From an uncultured virus (IMG/VR IMGVR_UViG_3300022752_000053) (lineage: Duplodnaviria; Heunggongvirae; Uroviricota; Caudoviricetes), in the IMG/VR virus record IMGVR_UViG_3300022752_000053: 64,000 nt of DNA; one strand, given 5' to 3'. Of the stretch, positions 57,068-64,000 are shown piece by piece. A program made the translations under genes and the position numbers. Each line of letters begins with the position of its first letter. Position 1 is the stretch's first letter. A model generated the notes under the pieces. That model saw nothing but the letters and a program-made list of their open reading frames with translations. It had not been told where the DNA came from and ran no database searches.

Positions 57068-57277
57068 ATGACTGTTACGACTGAAGACGGTGGACGCCAA
57101 AATATGTTTGCCAGAGAACCCAAAATGTACATTACTGAGGAAGATCAAATGAAACACGAACAAGAAACTTATAGCGAACGTGCAGAAAAACTGAATGGAC
57201 GTTTTGCAATGCTGGGAGTAATTGCTGCTCTTGGTGCGTATGCTCTAACAGGACAGATTATTCCTGGGTTATGGTGA
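57068..57277 (+). CDS. hli: High-light-inducible protein
   Basis: AEKLNGRFAMLG chlorophyll-binding helix; TGQIIPG. Confidence 0.95.
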   Translation: MTVTTEDGGRQNMFAREPKMYITEEDQMKHEQETYSERAEKLNGRFAMLGVIAALGAYALTGQIIPGLW

Positions 57278-57306
57278 AATAAATAGAGGGCATAAAAGAG
57301 ATTTGT

Positions 57307-57999
57307 ATGAAAATAGATTTGCATAACTTTTTTAAGAATTATGATGCAAAAAATCCAAAGCACGTTGCTGCAGTAGATGAACTTCAATCAAATATTGAGA
57401 AGTATGCTGCGGCACTGCTTGAGGATAGTGCAAATTGGGTTCGTATTTACCGAACCAAAGTAGAAAAACCAAAGTCATCTATTCGTTTAGATGTTCCTTA
57501 TTATCCACAGACTGATAATTATACAGATGCATCGCGCACTTGTAATAGTTCTAGTTGTGCGATGTGCCTTCAGTATTTTAAACCAGGCACACTAAAGGGA
57601 GCACAAGGAGATGATGCGTATGTTCGCAAAGTCTTTTCAATCGGTGATACAACAGATCACGAAGTTCAAACAAAGGCATTATCTGACTACGGTATCCGTT
57701 CTCAGTTTAGTTACAATCTGTCTTTCGCAGATATTGATTGTGAGTTGTCTGCTGGACGACCTGTGGTTATTGGCATTCTCCATAGAGGTTCTTTGTCTAA
57801 TCCTACTGGTGGCCACATGGTCGTTGTAGTTGGTAAGACAGATGGTGGTGATTATGTTGTAAATGATCCTTATGGTTCACTCAACGATGGTTATACTGGG
57901 GATGTTTATAATGGTAAGGGTGCTATCTATAAGAAGTCTGAATTAGTTGCTCGTTGGTGCCCAAATGGGAACGATGGATGGGGTAGGATTTTCGCATGA
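57307..57999 (+). CDS. Peptidase C39-like protein (putative cell-wall hydrolase)
   Basis: [33 protein letters not shown]. Confidence 0.82.
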   Translation: MKIDLHNFFKNYDAKNPKHVAAVDELQSNIEKYAAALLEDSANWVRIYRTKVEKPKSSIRLDVPYYPQTDNYTDASRTCNSSSCAMCLQYFKPGTLKGAQGDDAYVRKVFSIGDTTDHEVQTKALSDYGIRSQFSYNLSFADIDCELSAGRPVVIGILHRGSLSNPTGGHMVVVVGKTDGGDYVVNDPYGSLNDGYTGDVYNGKGAIYKKSELVARWCPNGNDGWGRIFA

Positions 58000-58670
58000 C
58001 TATTAACTTTTTAGATGCGATTAAGTATAATAAGAATACTCCAGAGCAACTAAAAGCATGGGAGTATCTTCAACAGCACGTAGCACCTGAGATTCTGGAA
58101 GAGTTTGCAAAACTCTATAGAACAAAACCGCCAGTTTATGGTATGCAACTTGTTTCAAAAGAACAACTTGCATTCATTTGGGGTTGTAGTACTACACTTA
58201 TTCAAGATACAGAAATTGTTGAACTGAATAAGTGCCTGAAGACTTTTGATATCACTACTCCTGTTCGTATTCGCCACTTCCTCGCACAGATTTCTCATGA
58301 GTCTGGTGGTGGAAGATATAACCTGGAACTGGCATCCGGTGATGCTTATGAGGGTCGTAGTGACCTTGGAAATACTCATTCTGGTGATGGGCCAAGATAT
58401 AAAGGTGCCGGGTATATTCAACTGACTGGTAGAGCAAACTATCAGGCATTTGCTAATTATATCAAGGATCCTGATGTGATGGATGGTGTAGCATATGTTG
58501 CAACTCGTTATCCATTTACCAGTGCTGGTTTCTGGTGGATGAATACTCAAATGAATGCTTTATGTGATACGAATCCAACGGTAGAGCAGGTTACTCTCAG
58601 AGTAAATGGTGGATATAACGGATTGGATGATCGTAAGATGTATTACAAGAGATGTTGTAATGTAATATGA
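57996..58670 (+). CDS. GH19 lysozyme/chitinase-like endolysin
   Basis: [38 protein letters not shown]. Confidence 0.9.
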   Translation: MTINFLDAIKYNKNTPEQLKAWEYLQQHVAPEILEEFAKLYRTKPPVYGMQLVSKEQLAFIWGCSTTLIQDTEIVELNKCLKTFDITTPVRIRHFLAQISHESGGGRYNLELASGDAYEGRSDLGNTHSGDGPRYKGAGYIQLTGRANYQAFANYIKDPDVMDGVAYVATRYPFTSAGFWWMNTQMNALCDTNPTVEQVTLRVNGGYNGLDDRKMYYKRCCNVI

Positions 58671-58864
58671 TACAATTAAATCCACCAATTCCTTTAATTA
58701 CCTCAAAGGGTAATGGGTGGGCGTTTTTTCTAATTGATAGATCTCAAGAGCACGATTTAGAATGGGTCGTATTTTTAAATGATACTGGAGAATGTTGGAC
58801 TTTTAATAATTCTCAAGTGAAAATTCAGAAGAATTATACTATGAAAAGAAACTCACAAATGTGA
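58667..58864 (+). CDS. Hypothetical protein
   Basis: [25 protein letters not shown] overlap. Confidence 0.7.
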   Translation: MIQLNPPIPLITSKGNGWAFFLIDRSQEHDLEWVVFLNDTGECWTFNNSQVKIQKNYTMKRNSQM

Positions 58865-58865
58865 T

Positions 58866-59054
58866 CTAATTTTCTTGACTGCGTATCCAGTCTTTTAATC
58901 TATAAACATATTGACGGAGATATTCGGCTTGTTCTTCATGCCAGGTATCTCCGGTTTTTATATAAATGTCTGTATGATTATCTATTGCCTTCAATATCCT
59001 ATGAATAGGACCATTCCACGGTTCTCTAATCGGAGTGTTGAAGTCCCTAGACAT
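58866..59054 (-). CDS. Hypothetical protein (only convincing minus-strand gene)
   Basis: MSRDFNTPIREPWN..ILKAIDNH; minus-strand CTAAATA at 59074-59080; fills a gap with no + ORF. Confidence 0.65.
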   Translation of the reverse strand: MSRDFNTPIREPWNGPIHRILKAIDNHTDIYIKTGDTWHEEQAEYLRQYVYRLKDWIRSQEN

Positions 59055-59121
59055 TATTGGAAGGTTCTTGAAATATTTAGATAAAAGATTCGTCATAAAT
59101 ATTTAAAATTTTAATTGTGCG

Positions 59122-59457
59122 ATGGCAGTTCCAGCAGTCAATATAACAATTGAACAGGGCACTGATTATACGCAAGATTTTATTGTGAAAAATTCAGATC
59201 AATCTGTATTGAATTTGAGTGGATATACTTCACAAGCTAAAATAAGAAAATTTTCAGATGCAACAACATATTCATCATTTAATGTTGGCATCACATCAAG
59301 TTTGGGAAAGATTACAATCTCAATGGCAAATACTGTAACAAGCTCATTAGATTCTGGAAGACACTATTATGATATTGTAATTGTTTCAACTGCAACATCA
59401 TCAATTACAAAAGTATATACTGGAATGGCTATGGTTAATGCATCAGTAACAGTTTGA
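59122..59457 (+). CDS. Probable virion structural protein (beta-sandwich)
   Basis: NITIEQGTDY..LNLSGYT..IRK..GRHYYDIV; late promoter at 59095. Confidence 0.6.
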   Translation: MAVPAVNITIEQGTDYTQDFIVKNSDQSVLNLSGYTSQAKIRKFSDATTYSSFNVGITSSLGKITISMANTVTSSLDSGRHYYDIVIVSTATSSITKVYTGMAMVNASVTV

Positions 59458-59487
59458 CAGGATTTCCTGACAGTGCTATAATAAATA
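59454..59487 (+). promoter_or_regulatory. psbA promoter: sigma70 plus overlapping late promoter
   Basis: TTGACA-17-TATAAT running into ATAAATA. Confidence 0.8.
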
Positions 59488-59515
59488 GATGTTAAGGAAT
59501 GTAAAGTTTCTTAAT

Positions 59516-59610
59516 CTTGCCGCACCAGGACTAGGCAAGTAAAATCCGTCCTTATACCTATGCAGGAGGGTTGCATAGGAATACTTTTACCGTTCAGCAC
59601 CTCCTGAACT
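59516..59610 (+). ncRNA. PhotoRC-II-like structured psbA leader
   Basis: CTTGCC/GGCAAG stem with AGGAC/GTCCT pseudoknot; CCTATGCA/TGCATAGG and GTTCAG/CTGAAC hairpins; family assigned from memory. Confidence 0.65.
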
Positions 59611-59633
59611 CATATCTACCCCTTTAACGAAAA

Positions 59634-60713
59634 ATGACTGCTACAATTGCTACACGCAAAACTTTTAATGCCTGGGACGAATTCTGCTCCTGGGTGACTT
59701 CTACCGATAATCGTCTTTATGTTGGTTGGTTCGGCGTTCTGATGATTCCAACGTTGCTTGCTGCAACCACTTGCTTTATCATCGCATTCATCGGTGCCCC
59801 CCCTGTGGACATTGATGGCATTCGTGAACCTGTATCTGGTTCATTAATGTATGGAAACAACATTATCTCTGGTGCTGTTGTTCCTTCTTCTAATGCTATT
59901 GGACTTCACTTGTATCCTATCTGGGAAGCTGCCTCTCTGGATGAGTGGTTATACAATGGTGGACCTTTTCAACTTGTTGTATTTCACTTTCTCATTGGTA
60001 TCTTCTGCTATATGGGTCGTGAATGGGAACTCTCCTATCGTTTAGGTATGCGTCCTTGGATTATGGTTGCTTATAGCGCACCTGTTGCTGCTGCGACTGC
60101 CGTATTCCTGGTGTATCCTTTCGGTCAAGGTTCTTTCTCTGATGCTATGCCTCTTGGTATTTCTGGCACATTCAATTATATGCTCGTCTTCCAGGCAGAA
60201 CATAACATTCTGATGCATCCTTTTCATATGCTTGGAGTTGCTGGTGTATTTGGTGGTTCACTTTTCTCTGCGATGCACGGAAGTTTGGTAACCTCATCAC
60301 TGGTTCGTGAAACTACTGAAAACGAAAGTCAAAACTATGGGTACAAGTTCGGACAAGAAGAAGAAACCTACAATATTGTTGCAGCACACGGATACTTCGG
60401 AAGACTTATCTTCCAGTATGCATCCTTTAACAATAGCAGGAGCCTTCACTTTTTTCTGGCTGCTTGGCCTGTTGTTGGTATCTGGTTCACTGCTCTTGGC
60501 GTGTCTACGATGGCCTTTAACCTTAATGGGTTCAATTTTAACCAGTCTCTACTTGATAGTCAAAACCGAGTAATTCCTACTTGGGCTGATATTCTTAACA
60601 AAGCAGGACTTGGGCTCGAGGTAATGCACGAAAGAAATGCACATAATTTTCCTTTGGACTTGGCTGCTGCCGAAGCAACTCCTGTTGCTTTAACTGCACC
60701 TGCTATTGGTTAA
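59634..60713 (+). CDS. psbA: Photosystem II D1 protein
   Basis: [37 protein letters not shown]; no intron. Confidence 0.99.
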   Translation: MTATIATRKTFNAWDEFCSWVTSTDNRLYVGWFGVLMIPTLLAATTCFIIAFIGAPPVDIDGIREPVSGSLMYGNNIISGAVVPSSNAIGLHLYPIWEAASLDEWLYNGGPFQLVVFHFLIGIFCYMGREWELSYRLGMRPWIMVAYSAPVAAATAVFLVYPFGQGSFSDAMPLGISGTFNYMLVFQAEHNILMHPFHMLGVAGVFGGSLFSAMHGSLVTSSLVRETTENESQNYGYKFGQEEETYNIVAAHGYFGRLIFQYASFNNSRSLHFFLAAWPVVGIWFTALGVSTMAFNLNGFNFNQSLLDSQNRVIPTWADILNKAGLGLEVMHERNAHNFPLDLAAAEATPVALTAPAIG

Positions 60714-60735
60714 TAACTACTCATAACATGAGTTT

Positions 60736-60763
60736 AACTACCCCCACTCGGGGTAGTTTTTTT
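60736..60763 (+). terminator. psbA terminator
   Basis: AACTACCCC/GGGGTAGTT followed by a T-run. Confidence 0.85.
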
Positions 60764-60783
60764 ATACAAATAAATACTCATAG

Positions 60784-61167
60784 ATGCTTTCCTACATGGA
60801 ACTCTACAATTCTTCTGAAGATTATTTGTATCATCTACATGCAACTTCTTCATCAGATGCAAAACGAATGTGGAGACAATCAATAAAGGAAAAATGGAAT
60901 CATAAATGTGCTTATTGCGAAAGCCCAGAAAATTTGACAATTGACCATGTAATACCACAATGTAAAGGTGGCAGTGATTTCATTACAAATGTAGTCTGTT
61001 GCTGCAAATCCTGCAACAATTCAAAGTCACATACAGATTGGGAAACTTGGTATTACAATCAAGATTTCTTTACGGAAAAAAGATATGATGCTATAGTGGA
61101 GTGGATGACACCTAAAACAAATTCAAATTTATATAAGTATCGTCCAAGAAAAAATTGTGCATATTAA
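60784..61167 (+). CDS. HNH endonuclease
   Basis: CAYC..LTIDHVIP..GG..NVVCCCKSCN; late promoter ~60770. Confidence 0.88.
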   Translation: MLSYMELYNSSEDYLYHLHATSSSDAKRMWRQSIKEKWNHKCAYCESPENLTIDHVIPQCKGGSDFITNVVCCCKSCNNSKSHTDWETWYYNQDFFTEKRYDAIVEWMTPKTNSNLYKYRPRKNCAY

Positions 61168-61191
61168 AATTTAATAAATATTAATATTCTT

Positions 61192-61557
61192 TTGGTGGAA
61201 TTGGAAAATCATCTGGGAACTCACTACATTTTGGATGCTTGTAATTCAAATGGGGAATTGTTAAATAACAAAGAATACATCATGAATTCTTTGAAACATG
61301 CTATACTAAAGTCAAATGCCACTTTAGTGGAAGAAATTGCTGTGGAATTTACTCCACAGGGAATTACTGCAGTTTGTTTACTTGCAGAGTCTCATCTTTC
61401 AATTCATACTTGGCCAGAGAAAAGTTATGCTGCAATAGATATCTTTACTTGTGGCGATCATTGTAATCCTATCGACGCTTGTAATTTTTTGGTGAATGCA
61501 TTTGAATCTAAAACTCCAAAGATACATGTTATTAATCGTGGATATGGATTCTCATAG
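61192..61557 (+). CDS. speD: S-adenosylmethionine decarboxylase proenzyme
   Basis: FTPQGIT..LLAESHLSIHTWPE..DIFTCG. Confidence 0.93.
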   Translation: MVELENHLGTHYILDACNSNGELLNNKEYIMNSLKHAILKSNATLVEEIAVEFTPQGITAVCLLAESHLSIHTWPEKSYAAIDIFTCGDHCNPIDACNFLVNAFESKTPKIHVINRGYGFS

Positions 61558-61635
61558 TATTTCTCCTCAATTTCAAATGCTTGTGGGAGTTATCATTTCA
61601 ATCTTAATTATTATTTTACCAATTTTAATAATCTT

Positions 61636-61872
61636 ATGAAATTTACAGTTTATTCAAAAGATGGTTGTCCATATTGCACAAAAATTCAACAAGTGCTAGA
61701 CTTGACCCATCTTGAGCACATAATCTACAAACTTGACGTAGACTATACGAAAGAGCAATTTTATAATGAATTTGGGCAAGGATCAACCTTTCCCCAAATT
61801 ATATGTGATGAAAAGCATCTGGGAGGATGCTCCGATACAATTCAATATCTTAGAGAAAATAAATTGGTCTAA
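61636..61872 (+). CDS. nrdC: Glutaredoxin
   Basis: CPYC, TFPQI, LGGC. Confidence 0.92.
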   Translation: MKFTVYSKDGCPYCTKIQQVLDLTHLEHIIYKLDVDYTKEQFYNEFGQGSTFPQIICDEKHLGGCSDTIQYLRENKLV

Positions 61873-62090
61873 TGTCCAACTATGATACTACCTCAATAAA
61901 TAAAGGTGTGGAGTTATTACTAAGGAGGAAAAGGAAACCAGAATGTCCAAAGATTTTTAAATTTGGATTTGAAAAAATGGTTTCTCTCCTTGGAAGAGAG
62001 ATAACTGTTTCATTTAATTTTTCGTTTGATATAAAAAAACAGTTTCTCCGGGAGAAAAAAAATGTTGGCAGTAACTCTAACAATCTTTAG
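61872..62090 (+). CDS. Hypothetical protein
   Basis: INKGVELLLRR; TAATG coupling. Confidence 0.55.
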   Translation: MSNYDTTSINKGVELLLRRKRKPECPKIFKFGFEKMVSLLGREITVSFNFSFDIKKQFLREKKNVGSNSNNL

Positions 62091-62289
62091 TTTTATCTCG
62101 ATTCTATTCTTACTTGTTGGAACAATTATAGGATGGACAATGAAAGATTATTTCTACCAAACAGCATCTCCACAACTTCATCCAGAAATGTATGATGAAA
62201 ATGGTAATATTTTACCTGATGAAATTTTAGCCCTACGATTTGAAAATACCTATGACTCAGACGAAGACGACGACGAAGACGACAACTAA
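62062..62289 (+). CDS. Small membrane protein
   Basis: N-terminal TM helix; LHPEMYDENGN; acidic tail. Confidence 0.7.
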   Translation: MLAVTLTIFSFISILFLLVGTIIGWTMKDYFYQTASPQLHPEMYDENGNILPDEILALRFENTYDSDEDDDEDDN

Positions 62290-62737
62290 CGAAAATTTAC
62301 CACCAAATCCTTTTGTGAGTGAAATTTTAGCATTGGTTTCTAAACAAAAAACCAATGCTAAAAGAATTGAAGTGCTTAGAGAATATGAAAATCAAGCACT
62401 TAAGTCAGTATTGATTTGGAATTTTGATGATACTGTAATTACAGTATTGCCTGCTGGAGATGTTCCGTTTAAACCAAATGAAGCACCAGCAGGTACTGAG
62501 CACACAAGTTTGAGACAGGAACATCAATATCTTTATAATTTTATTAAAGGTGGAAATGATACTCTTCCTGCAGTAAGAAGAGAGACTATATTTATTCAAA
62601 TTCTTGAGAATTTGCACCCAGAAGAAGCAGAAATTTTAGTTCTCACCAAGGATAAAAAACTTCAGTCAAAATATAAGATTACTAAAGACTTGGTTTCTGA
62701 AGCTTATCCTGATATTCAATGGGGAGGACGTTCTTGA
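62252..62737 (+). CDS. Hypothetical protein
   Basis: WNFD..LPAGDVP, RRETIFIQILENLHPEEAE. Confidence 0.75.
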   Translation: MTQTKTTTKTTTNENLPPNPFVSEILALVSKQKTNAKRIEVLREYENQALKSVLIWNFDDTVITVLPAGDVPFKPNEAPAGTEHTSLRQEHQYLYNFIKGGNDTLPAVRRETIFIQILENLHPEEAEILVLTKDKKLQSKYKITKDLVSEAYPDIQWGGRS

Positions 62738-62757
62738 AAACCCTTGTCGGAGAAGAA

Positions 62758-63066
62758 ATGGCAGAAAAAAATCCAAAAGAATTAGAATGTCTGCCATCCA
62801 AATATGGTTGTGACATCATTTATGAAAGAGCAACCAAAGAGCAGCAAATAGATAAAAATATTCCTTCTGATGCAAAATTGGTTACTTATATTGTGAATAA
62901 TGAAAAGTTTGTAGATGTTTGTCGAGCAAATAGGCAAGTTGATATATTTGATTTTTATTATGACAAATATGGTCCAGGTGCTATTCTAAAAATTGATTTG
63001 GCACAGGGAAGAATATATCCCAGAAATTGGGGTTACAAATCACCAGAAAAGAAAAGAAGAAAATGA
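62758..63066 (+). CDS. Hypothetical protein
   Basis: VDIFDFYYDKYG; GGAG upstream. Confidence 0.65.
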   Translation: MAEKNPKELECLPSKYGCDIIYERATKEQQIDKNIPSDAKLVTYIVNNEKFVDVCRANRQVDIFDFYYDKYGPGAILKIDLAQGRIYPRNWGYKSPEKKRRK

Positions 63067-63254
63067 TTGGGTTTGGTGCCGATTCTAATTCTAAAAAACA
63101 ACTTAAATTTAGAGTTAATCAAAATGAATTGAATAAAATTATAAAAGACTATAAGAAAATTAAAAAGTATATGAAATCTTCGTTATATGATATCCGAATG
63201 ATGGATGGAAATGAAACAGTAGTATCTAAGTTACTGGAATCTTCAGACCAATAA
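63063..63254 (+). CDS. Hypothetical protein
   Basis: KKIKKYMKSSLYDIRMMDG. Confidence 0.55.
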   Translation: MIGFGADSNSKKQLKFRVNQNELNKIIKDYKKIKKYMKSSLYDIRMMDGNETVVSKLLESSDQ

Positions 63255-63324
63255 AATATTAAAAGAGGGGGATTGACACTCCCTCTTTTTTTGTGTATAA
63301 TATCTTTGTTAAGGATGAAAAACA

Positions 63325-63492
63325 ATGAATCAAGACAAGCTTAAAATCCTAATTAAGAACCTAGAACTTATAGTTGATTCTCTCAAAGCAGAAGTATATT
63401 CAAGTCCAGATTCTTATGTGTATGAAAAAATTGCCCCATACATTGGAGACATAAAAGATTATGACGAAGTATTCGAAGACGACGACGATTGA
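63325..63492 (+). CDS. Small hypothetical protein (55 aa)
   Basis: MNQDKLKILIKNLELIVDSLKAEVYS..DYDEVFEDDDD, after promoter 63273-63301. Confidence 0.65.
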   Translation: MNQDKLKILIKNLELIVDSLKAEVYSSPDSYVYEKIAPYIGDIKDYDEVFEDDDD

Positions 63493-63499
63493 ACCTACT

Positions 63500-63730
63500 A
63501 TGGAAAAAGAAACTGAAAAATTTATTTTTGCTATACCAAGTGGAGATGGAGACTTTCTTGATATTGCGGCACAGAATAATCTTGGTGTCTATGCTACTCA
63601 CGTCGGGTATATTTCTGCACTTGCAAGCAGTGGAAAAATATCAACCGAAGAAGCATATAAACAAATCAAAAAACTCACTAAATCACTACGTCAATCTTAT
63701 AAAACATTAAAGGGAAGTTGGTTTTTATGA
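63500..63730 (+). CDS. Hypothetical protein
   Basis: [15 protein letters not shown]. Confidence 0.6.
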   Translation: MEKETEKFIFAIPSGDGDFLDIAAQNNLGVYATHVGYISALASSGKISTEEAYKQIKKLTKSLRQSYKTLKGSWFL

Positions 63731-64000
63731 ATGAATTAGCAAAACTAATCTCTGTTACTCCTGATGCAGAAAGGCATATTGCATATTGTGCTCGGGTGAG
63801 TAATCCAAAAAATCAAGAGAATGATTCTTTTGAAGGATTGCTTAAATATTGTATCAAGAATCAACACTGGAGCATCTTTGAACATGCATTCCTTACAGTT
63901 GAGATTAATACCTCGCTTGCGATTGCTACGCAAATCCTCCGGCATAGGAGCTTTACTTTTCAGCAATTCAGTCAGAGGTATGCAGACAGTACAGAACTTC
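63727..64000 (+). CDS. thyX: FAD-dependent thymidylate synthase ThyX (5' part, truncated)
   Basis: [33 protein letters not shown] signature; absent from the ORF track because it has no stop in the window. Confidence 0.93.
   Translation, partial: MNELAKLISVTPDAERHIAYCARVSNPKNQENDSFEGLLKYCIKNQHWSIFEHAFLTVEINTSLAIATQILRHRSFTFQQFSQRYADSTEL

Noticed and set aside
63745..63966. Minus-strand 73-aa ORF
   Set aside because: Shadow of thyX, which is clearly encoded on the + strand.
1..64000. CRISPR array, integrase, transposase or rRNA
   Set aside because: No regularly spaced direct repeats or recognisable motifs seen by eye.

Overview
A 64-kb segment of a T4-like cyanobacterial myovirus (Kyanoviridae-type); a Synechococcus/Cyanobium-like host is inferred from psbA, hli and the cyanobacterial SLH protein. 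Nearly all genes are on the + strand. Order: head module (gp21, gp22, gp23, gp3); uvsY/uvsW, gp55, gp47/gp46; vWA-metallopeptidase and MoxR/CobS pair; replication module (gp45, gp44, dam, gp62, regA, hsp20, gp43, uvsX, gp41, mazG); late accessory genes; primase and nrdA/nrdB; seven tRNAs; dps; a ~13.6-kb sugar-synthesis/glycosyltransferase island; an SLH outer-membrane protein, hli, two lysin-like enzymes, psbA followed by an HNH gene, speD, glutaredoxin and a truncated thyX. The most interesting signal is a set of late-promoter genes that look like capsid-packaged, gp21-processed cargo: a T3-SAMase-like SAM lyase and a nucleotidyltransferase with T4-style capsid-targeting N-termini, two modular basic polyproteins, and a small protein copying the mature N-terminal arm of gp23. 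Several structured RNAs and unusual promoter architectures are also visible. All calls come from reading motifs and gene order by eye; no database searches were run.
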